From an uncultured virus (IMG/VR IMGVR_UViG_3300001242_000018) (Duplodnaviria; Heunggongvirae; Uroviricota; Caudoviricetes), in the IMG/VR virus record IMGVR_UViG_3300001242_000018, positions 1-64,000 of that record: 64,000 bases of DNA; one strand, 5' to 3'. Below, one piece after another: positions 28,601-37,300 of this stretch. Within the stretch, counting starts at the first letter, position 1, and each line of letters starts with the position of its first letter. Under the pieces are notes generated by a model. It was not told the DNA's origin, made no database searches, and saw only the letters and a program-made list of their open reading frames with translations. Both the position numbers and the translations under genes were made by a program.

Positions 28601-31355
28601 AATGGGTAGTATGTACGGAGTGTCAAGTGGTACTTCAATGGCTACTCCTCATGTAGCTGCTACTGCGGCGCTTCTAAAAACACAACGTCCCGACCTTACC
28701 CCGGCGGAAATTAAGTTCCTAATTCAATCTACGGCTGTAGATTTAGAGGAAGATGGATGGGATAAAGAGACTGGTCACGGCCTTGTTAATGCTTATACGG
28801 CAACGTCTATCTTATCAGGAATGAGTGATGAAGAGCGGGAACTTATCCGTAAAGGTGGCTCACTTGAAAGTGAGCAGATTAATAAAGAACGTATTGCTCT
28901 TATTAATGCAATACGCGAAAGTGGTATAACTAAAGCCGCATTTGAAACAGTAGGTAAGTCTTTAGTTGATAAATATAATAGAGAAATTAAGAACCCTGTT
29001 GATACAGATATGGCTATACTCCAAACCTGGGAGAATGTTAAAGAGTTCGGTGGCTTTTATGGCTTTAGTACAGAACTTCTTTATGATACAGGTAAGGGTA
29101 TAGAACCTCAAATTGCCACAGCTCGTGCTATGAGTTCTTATAGAAGAGAATTCTGGGATACGGAACTCGGTGGCATTCCGGGCGATATTAACGAAATTGC
29201 CCGTCGCTTTATTGGACACCGTGAGAAATGGGAGAATCGATATAATCCTGTACCAAATACTATGCCGGATTGGCTGCCCGGTGAAGAATACTTCACGGAT
29301 TTTAAAACTGGCGACCCTTATGTAAAAATACGTCGTGGAGAAATGCGATTACCAGGAGAGGCGTACGAATCTCTCCATCCCGATACGGCAGCCGAGGTTG
29401 AAAAGGCTTTAGAAGATCCTGAAATAAGAAGGAAATTAGAAGCCGGAGAGATTCATAGAGGAGAGTTATACGGCCCTATATCAAGGTTTAGAATTTTGGC
29501 AGATGTGGCTCCTTGGTCTACACAGTATGACGAAGCCTCTAAGTTCGTTACAGAAATGAAGAAAACCAAAGAGCAAGAACAAGAGGTTAAAGAGATAAGA
29601 AAACAAGTAAAAGACCGTAACGATCCGATACGCCTATACCCGTATAGGTTTAAAGATAAAGAGACTAAGAGTGAGACTGTTACTGTAACCAAGGTACTTG
29701 ATGATTGGGAAGATAGTCATGATTACTTCTTCTATACCAAAGAGTATCCAGACAATCCTATCAAACTTGCCGGCCTACGTGTACCAATGAGTAAGGAGAA
29801 GGCGGGAGCTCGTCAATTCCTTAACAAGTATATCAAACCGGGTGAACAAGTGACTATCGAGTATACGGCAGACGATGTAACTAAAATCAACGATGACACA
29901 TATAAGACTATCTCAGCGGTAGTATATACGGGTAATGAGAATCTAAATAGGCAACTATTAGAGCAAGACTTAGCTAATGAAAAAGATAACGATTTTACTC
30001 CGGCTGGAATAGTTGCTAGGTTTACGCCGAGTGAGCGAGCAATGGGTCAAGCATGGGAGAAATTCGCTCACCTGGATACGCCATTTCATACAAAGCTTTT
30101 GCAGGTACGTTCTCCTATCGAAAGCTACAAACGTCGTGATTTGTACGGCAAAGACTGGCAGATGTGGCAAGATCCCTGGGAAGATTATGTTGTTCCGACT
30201 TATCAATCGATAATGTCTAAAGGGATGATAGTAGGAGGACTGTTTGGCGGATTTATGGGATACTTAGCCGGACGTAAACGGTTTGGTAAGATTATAGCTA
30301 CAGGTCTGGGTGCCGTACTGGGTGGTACTGGCGGTGCATATTTCACTGGACACGAATTCGTAACAGGTGAAACCTGGGTACCAGAACGTCGTAAGAAAGA
30401 ATGGGAAACCCATGAGTATTACGATATGTTAAAGTATTTGAAGAATGTCTCTCTTTATAATAAGTATGCTCAAGAAGCGCTTGATACAGAGAAGTTCGAT
30501 GTTAAGAAGTACCTTCAAGAGAAAGATGAGCAGAAGAAGATTGACAGTAAACGTACTAATGAATTAGAAAGTGCTAAACGTGATATTAAAGGTACTACTG
30601 ATAATGTTGACGTTAATGAATGGATTACCAAGCTAAATCTTACAGGTAACCCCAGGGATGAGCGCGAACTTATCAAACTGATTAACCAAGAATTAACCAA
30701 GTTAAAAGCTCCAAAGAAAGAAGAGAAACTAACACCACTGGCTCAAAAGGCTCTTGATTATTACAATGAAAGTAAAAGTACTATGTACGGTCATAAGCCA
30801 CAAGATCCTCTAAAGGATCTGTTACGAGCTATACCAAAGAAAGAGCGACAATACTTAGAAGGCTTTATTAATGCTACCCCGGATGAAAGAGAAGAGCTAC
30901 GTGATATAATGTCTCCATATATGAAACGTATTGTTCAGGAAGCCTGGGGAGAGAAAGCGTCTGAAAAGCAAAGTCTTCTTGAATACTTCAAAGCTCACTT
31001 CTTACCTGACCCGGAGTGGGGCGGCTGGCGAGAAGATGTAAATCTTAATAACGTAAAGGTTAAATATATTAAAGCTGAAAGTATGGATCCGTCTGAATTT
31101 GATATATGGCCAGATGATGAGATTGCTGCTAATGAACCAAATGTTCCGCCGGCGCCAAAGATTAATATACATGAGACGGCCAATACTATTAAGAGTAAAT
31201 TACAATCTATTCTAGGTGGCGCCGGAATAGATGCTGAAATACAGATAGAACCAAACGATACGGGACAATTATCAGTAGAGGTTGAGACACAAAGAGATAT
31301 TAGACAAGATATAGCCAATTGTATGAATAACTATAGTAGTTTGGTATTAGGTTAG
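25569..31355 (+). CDS. Giant tape-measure-position protein with an internal subtilisin (S8) domain and an SNase-like domain
   Basis: S8 triad motifs VAVIDSG, GHGTHVTG and GTSMATPHVA. SNase-like VTVTKVLD...IKLAGL...NLNRQLL. Gly-rich hydrophobic segments near 30220-30350. Start ATG 25569 follows GAGGAG. Confidence 0.75.
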   Translation: MPSNDNFWKESIDGNPEHHKYLNPDHYYENKGSPLRTFLTTTGIGTALFLGGRHAFRRGAFNDISKSFIKAMGRFRPTEADAILSSVKEWAKGPLPWDQYSTLKDKLLGSHGILGAGWEESMTELSNKIAAKRANLMQRGVTGGKLITDDLDIERRLRETERVMEHARTVDTRRQRIVQDKTKQFLSSYNEYTQEMRETDLRKYGMRRATVGDLWNHQNSKGALFNRNRLNSRDIISKYRVELGEQNLFNKMADPWVFIDEASKLHDLRYWPKVGKSVLNSMETDFGLPFVNFNPLAMFHVGDMLNVRDRPMIHLMSPDEIQPVLSGRESTKKLYLMLDDMLHDVEDASKAPIKGYLINAKVGPGRTFLQGISGAGLPKPEDYQYPTSGWRKHWAWFTRKLDIGHQQKDDYNREFDITNALTDIIAKPADMFWKHMLPYENRGLFSGRPFGSTWGRAGQEESETNWLFMRSIRYENPIDITKQFFAHRDRPEDTTTLSVPFYYFFSRLDAALATFRLGLSAEHRKSGADIFLNMVLRRAVPVWAGLEAWDYMNYETENLTGIRPDDMIAEGYSEVSTGIAKVKDVLGITDMAKQVKNLLPGGEQIAEFPLIGRFFDLDDTEEETEEFWEKGEVPIRKGRWWFMGNTPLTGSRTMYYSPNWVRRTKSHYEYTDTQYGSEGEYFANAPYPTPRYPLAPLRHFVTEPYHFEEKHYKDRPYLLTGGTPELEEFPLIGPLLNATIGQLLKPQRPMHPEVWRKIEGEDDTTVATEPKSYETPNDEYYNQQWGYKKIGAGPAIGTVMKDSHKESIVAVIDSGVDKDHPDLKGKILPGKSFAKRYKDFQHTEVSYAPWDEDTIGHGTHVTGTIAAIGDNKEGVAGVAWPSVKILPIKVFDSGGAPTEDVVKGIDYAIKWRGANGQKVDVINMSLGSPNINPGYSDAIKRAYNSGIVVVAASGNEYQTEHVGSPAIYPEAIAVGAVGPNMKKADFSNSGAGLDVVAPGVDIASTLPEDSQMGSMYGVSSGTSMATPHVAATAALLKTQRPDLTPAEIKFLIQSTAVDLEEDGWDKETGHGLVNAYTATSILSGMSDEERELIRKGGSLESEQINKERIALINAIRESGITKAAFETVGKSLVDKYNREIKNPVDTDMAILQTWENVKEFGGFYGFSTELLYDTGKGIEPQIATARAMSSYRREFWDTELGGIPGDINEIARRFIGHREKWENRYNPVPNTMPDWLPGEEYFTDFKTGDPYVKIRRGEMRLPGEAYESLHPDTAAEVEKALEDPEIRRKLEAGEIHRGELYGPISRFRILADVAPWSTQYDEASKFVTEMKKTKEQEQEVKEIRKQVKDRNDPIRLYPYRFKDKETKSETVTVTKVLDDWEDSHDYFFYTKEYPDNPIKLAGLRVPMSKEKAGARQFLNKYIKPGEQVTIEYTADDVTKINDDTYKTISAVVYTGNENLNRQLLEQDLANEKDNDFTPAGIVARFTPSERAMGQAWEKFAHLDTPFHTKLLQVRSPIESYKRRDLYGKDWQMWQDPWEDYVVPTYQSIMSKGMIVGGLFGGFMGYLAGRKRFGKIIATGLGAVLGGTGGAYFTGHEFVTGETWVPERRKKEWETHEYYDMLKYLKNVSLYNKYAQEALDTEKFDVKKYLQEKDEQKKIDSKRTNELESAKRDIKGTTDNVDVNEWITKLNLTGNPRDERELIKLINQELTKLKAPKKEEKLTPLAQKALDYYNESKSTMYGHKPQDPLKDLLRAIPKKERQYLEGFINATPDEREELRDIMSPYMKRIVQEAWGEKASEKQSLLEYFKAHFLPDPEWGGWREDVNLNNVKVKYIKAESMDPSEFDIWPDDEIAANEPNVPPAPKINIHETANTIKSKLQSILGGAGIDAEIQIEPNDTGQLSVEVETQRDIRQDIANCMNNYSSLVLG

Positions 31356-31366
31356 GGGTGAATAAT

Positions 31367-34300
31367 ATGTCTGATATTAAGGGCAATTTTACTATAGAAA
31401 GTAGAAGACGCGACCTTCGTGATAAGCTTATCACGAAGGTAGGGGAAGGAAAGTACAAAGAGCGTACTATATATAATATTATAGCCGCAGCCGACTTTGA
31501 AGCTCTTGTTCCTATGACACTGGATAGACGTAATCGACCACTGCCTGTTCATTTCGATGAATCTGTATTTAAGGCTATGCATGAGCGACAAATTGATGGT
31601 GTACGGTTTTCTGACCTATGGGCGGCCGAGATGGAGCAATACCTTGGGGAAGATACGCAGCTATCAAAAGCTGTTCAGACGAATCTGAGACTGGCTAATA
31701 AGACCATTGGTATAGACATTCCTAAAACTAATGAGCAAGACTCTGTTAAAAGCACTATTCCTGTAAAGGAAATAAAGAGTAGTAAACCAGGAGTTACAAT
31801 GACAGAAGCGGTATCTGCTATTCTTAATATACCGGAACAGGATGCTAAAGAACTTCTTAAGAAAACTCCATGGCAAATTGAAGAGGCGTTAAGAGAAACT
31901 AGTATTGATAGCATTATAGAGACTCTAGATGAAGGCGAACCTACCCATGCAAAGGTTCGTGCTAATATTCTTGAGAATATGATAGAGACAGGACACGATA
32001 CTAACACTCTTGCAAATATGGTACATAAATACCAGAGTCTTAATCTATCTGAAGAACTACGAAAGAAGTGGTTATCAGGAATAGATTCTGTAGATTTTAC
32101 GAAGTTAGCCTCCGATACTCGTAAGATTGAGGGGGCTGGCAAGGAACTTTACGGCAATATTCGAACGGAGATTAATCAAATCAAGCATTACAAAACCAAG
32201 ATGAAAGACTTATATGTTAGGGCTAAAGATATCGGTACCCAGATTATCGAAGTACAAGCTCGGATAGATCTTTTACCTGAAGAGAAATCTGCCATGATTA
32301 TAGAATCGTATGCTGATAGCTTTGATAAAGTCGCTTTTGAAGTAGCTAATTTGCAGAAAGAGGCTGCTAGGACTATAAGACATATACCCGTAACTACAGA
32401 AAATGGTGAGATCTTACGTACACCTATCGGGCAGGCTGTCAATGCTTTCATTGAATCTAATAAAGATGTACTACCAAGTGATACAGTATCATTAATTAGA
32501 AAAGAATTAGACAATTACTATGGTGATGATAAGCTCATCTATAATGCTAGGAACGAGGTACCTGCCGGGATATATGATATTGAAAAGCCAGGGAGCTTAA
32601 CGGGTTTTGCTTGGGGAGAACACTCTATTGTCAAGGACGATCCTCGTCTTACACAGTTAGAAAGAATAGCTTTACAATTAGATACGATGGTTAATGGACA
32701 ACCTGTAGAACGTATCGAGTATGAAAATCAACCAGGAGTTAAAGAGACATCTGCTCGTCGATACGATGACTGGAGAGAAAAAGCCAATAGAGATATAGCT
32801 GAATATATCAGCGAGGATGCTAAGGCAACTCAAATGGGTACTAATGTTGGTCAGCGCACACAGAATGTAATAGCTCAACAACAGATAGAAGGTATTGCAA
32901 AAGAGCTTAATATAGAGGCACCAAAGATTCCAAAAACCTGGTGGACTTATACTGGAGATAAAGATAACTCCGTTTTAACACCGATTGAACTGGCAGAGAA
33001 TATGGAGTTTGAGGATAATCTAAAGATGCTTCTAGAAGCATCTAGAGAATCTGGTGATAAATTTGGACGGGAAGGTTCTCCTTTAGAGAATTTCCGTAGA
33101 GCTGTTACTGAGAATATCTTAGTCAAATCCGGAGTAGACCAATACGTTCCGGTAGAAGGTTTGACAGAAGATATTATCAACAAGAACCTTACCGATTGGA
33201 GTCGTTATGTCGGTAAGGATAAGTACCTATATAGGTTCGGTGGTGATAAACTTGCTTATAAACTAAAAGAGGTAAACGGAATTCGTGGTATCTTTGTATC
33301 AGAGGCTATAGATCCTTCTAAGACTAAAATAGAATTTGATATTGCAAACAATTTTGACATTAAAGGCTGGGTTGAAGAATTCAATGATAAGAACTTATCC
33401 AAAGCTGTAAGGGATAAGGATGCTTTTATCAGTAACTTGTTACAATCTAATTGGTCTTATATCGAAGATGGTAAGTATGCTGATAATCAAAATATCGTAA
33501 GCCAGGTATTAGCCCAGCATACTATAACAGAGGGCCCTCATGGTCAAGGTATATTAAAAGTTGTATCAGAAGTGGAAAAACTGCTACAAGGGCGCCTCGG
33601 CTATACTTACGATCGTAATCCCGAACTTTACCTGGATGCTACACAAGATCTTACTATAGCTGTTATGCAGGCTCAGGAAACTAGCAAGAGTGGTATCGCT
33701 TCTTCTGAAGAGATATTGAGGCACTATTATCAATTACAAGCAGACCCTAGCGCATACGCTATGGACACTTCCAGCTGGATAGAACCTGGTGATGAATTCT
33801 ATAGGAGTGAAAGAGTATGGCATACCGGGCGAATGGCTACTGTTGAGATAATTAAAGAGATGGAGAAGGCCGGTATCGATACTAGTAATCATCGAGATAT
33901 AGTATCACGTCTTGTTGGTGTGAGAGAATATATTACTAATAATGCCGGTAAAGAAGGCACAGTCCACTGGGGTAAGATGGGTTATCTTAACACAATTCGA
34001 GCTATATCTAAAAAGGAGCTTGAGCAAATCGCCAAAGATTATATTCATGGCGGTAAGATGGTTCAAGATAATGCAACTCGTAAAGAGTTTAGGGAACTTA
34101 GTTTCGAAAGTATTGTAGAATCTTATACAGACCAAGAGACTGGTCAAGTAATAGGTGGACGTACTTACGAAGAGGCATTACTTCAAAACATGGCGGAAGA
34201 TTATCAAGAAAAGACCGGACGAAAATGGAATAAGGTAAAACGTAAAGAAGATATTGAAAACATCTTTAAAGCTATTAGAGATGGTAAGGATGATTACGAT

Positions 34301-37300
34301 AAGGCTTATGATAGTTTAGCCCAGCGTATGGATTTAAGTAGTATGAATGCAGAAGAAGTAGATGCTCTTATTAGTAAAGAACGTAATGCTATTGTAGATA
34401 AAAGATTAAGGCAGGTAGTTATCTCTCGTCTAGATGGTAGAAAGGTAAGTAAGGAAGAGCTAACCACTCTTGTTGAGAAAGAGCGTAAAACTGATATTAA
34501 TAGACAGAATCGTATTCTTTCTTTAATGGATGTAAACGATAGCGGTTCAATTGGACGCACAGAACAAGAGATGCTTGCTACTGAATATACGGCTATTATA
34601 AAAAGTCAGAATCCTGAGATGGGATATCTTGATCTATTAGAGAAAACTGCTTCTGTTACAGGCACTCATAATATACAGGCAGCGTTTAACCCTACTGAGT
34701 TTATAGAATCTCTACTGGATGAAGAGGGACGAAATGCATTAAACCGCGAACATACCGGTAGCTATGTAGTTTTACAATCTATGGCTATGATGAATAAAGA
34801 AGACGGTTTTAATTTTACAGTTACGGATGAACATGGACGACAGTTCGTTCCCGTATTTGGTGAAGATGGAGATCTTCTAGCACAATATGACGATCATAGT
34901 AAACTTATTAGTCGCACCGGCAGAGGGGTTACAAGAGCTGAAGATTTAGGACATGTACGCCCGGTTGCATTCGTACGTTCTAATATAGAAGAGACCAGTT
35001 CTACAGTTATCGATAGTCAAGATAAGTACGTTAAATCTCTTGGTGCTCAATATGACGCTCTTGTTCGAATGAGAGATAACTCCTGGTTAAAACAAAATCC
35101 GGCAGATACGTTTATGAATTTAGAAGCCGTACTAGCCGGACATAAGGCAGTAGTTCTTGACTTTGAAACTACCGGTCTTTTAGACCATCCAGATTTGCAG
35201 ATTCTTGAGATCGCCACCATGGATATTGAAGCTCCCGATGGTAAACCAAAGTACGGGGAAGCTGAATCTATACTTATTAAGCCATTGCAAAAAACACTTG
35301 ATAGAATGAATAAGATTACGGATAGTATATACTTGCAGAAAGAGATTATGAACAACACGGCAAGAGTTCCGAAAGTTGGAGCTTATGAGCATATTGGTCA
35401 ATTTGCAACTAAGGCTAGAGAATTACAGGTTAAGATAGAGAATACTCCTCTTGATAGTGTAGAACGGGCTGAAAGTATCGATGCTTTAAAGAAACTTCAG
35501 AAAGTAGTTACCACCGATGATGTAATGTTTATGCGTAATATAGCAAAGTTTTCTGACCCGGAGTGGGCAAGAAAAGATGTGAAGAATCTTGATAAAACGT
35601 ACACAGTCGACAAGCTGTTTAATGATACTAAAAGAGCTATACAAAGATTAGATAGCGAAGGTGTCGATTTAGAAGAAGGTCTCTCTATACTTAAAGAGAG
35701 GTTAGATGATAAAGCTATAGTTGGGCATAACGTTGCCAGTTTTGATATACCAATGCTTACTAAAGCTATAGATGATTTACCACACGATATCATTAACCGG
35801 GAAATCGATAAAACTAAAAACCTGCTAGAGGATACTACCGATAAAGATGAGATCAAGCGTTATCAGAATCGTATTAAAGCGCTTGACGATCTTCTTACAA
35901 TTCAGGATGTAGGTGAAGTTAAGGCAAGAATCGATACTAATGCCGAGGTTGTTAAAAATGACGCTAGGTCATTTAACATAAGAGAAGGTAGTACTAGGTT
36001 TAACTTTACCAAACTAGCAGAACCTCAAATTAATCCATGGTATACCGAGGGTACTTTTAACCGGGTAGCTGGAGTGTTAGGTGTTACGGATATTCAGTTT
36101 AATAATTTATTAAACAGTGACAATGGTGTTGAAGAAATTAGAAATAGACTGAGTACAGTAGATTACGATTCACTTAAAACAGGATTGCAATCTACGATAG
36201 ATAGTCAGGATACAACATCATACGCTAAAGGAATAGCACGTCGCCGCCTTAAAATAGTAAATGGATTATCCGAGGCCGGAGTGGCCCCGACCGATATGGT
36301 AATTGACCGAGTCCCTTTACCGCCAGATGATATACCTGTAAGGACTAATGAATTTCAAAAGGCCTATAATAAATTACACAGCGTTAATTACCGGTTAACC
36401 GGTAGCTTAGGATCTGGTGATAGCACTATAATAGAAAGAGATAGAGTTAGCTTACGTAATAGCTTTAACGAGCTGATGCGAATTGCTACTCCGCCAGATA
36501 CATCTAGCAATAACCGGTGGGTAACTTCCGCATCCGGAATACCGAGTGAGTGGGATATTGTAGGCGAGAACGAAATCCTAGACAACTATTCTAAAACCCT
36601 AACCGGATTTGCAGATGAAGCTAACTATTGGGACGATCTTAAATCCAGGATGCAGAATGTTGATGATATTACAGAACACTCTAAAAACCTACCACTTATA
36701 GATACGCTACCGTTATTTAGATGGACAAAACCAGGCAGCGGTCATAGTATTGAAAAGGTACAAGAGCACTATGGAGCGGCTATGGAGAAGGAAGGATGGG
36801 TTCCAGGGACACATCACATTGGTAAAGAAGATGTGCAGACGGAAGGATACGGTCTTATCCAGATGATTAATGACTATAAAGGCTCCAAAGGACAAATAGA
36901 TAATTTCTTAGAACCTTGGCAACAAGGTGATATGTTTGCCGTTATAAGTCAAGAAGGAACTAACAATATCCCTATTGGTGAGTACGAGTTTGTGAAACAA
37001 GAGGGCCCAAAAGTCATAGCTAAAGAGTTAGATACGGGTAATGTCGTAAATATCGATTTCGATAATCAAGCCAAGGGGCAGAGATGGTTTACGCAGAATG
37101 TTAAAGAGATTAACACTCCCGGAGAGTTTAACGAGCAGCTACTTTTAGATGACGTAAACAGGGCCATTCAAAAGGGTCTTAATAAAGGTATCGCAGGTAT
37201 CGATTATTTAAAGTTCCAGTCAGGTGACGATAGTGTTGATAGCTGGAATAAAGCTTACAATAGGCTAAATCAAATCCAGGGCGAACTTGATACGGTTGAT

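Noticed and set aside
35285..36690. Inteins as the exonuclease inserts
   Set aside because: No C/S start with HN end motifs and no LAGLIDADG motifs were seen.
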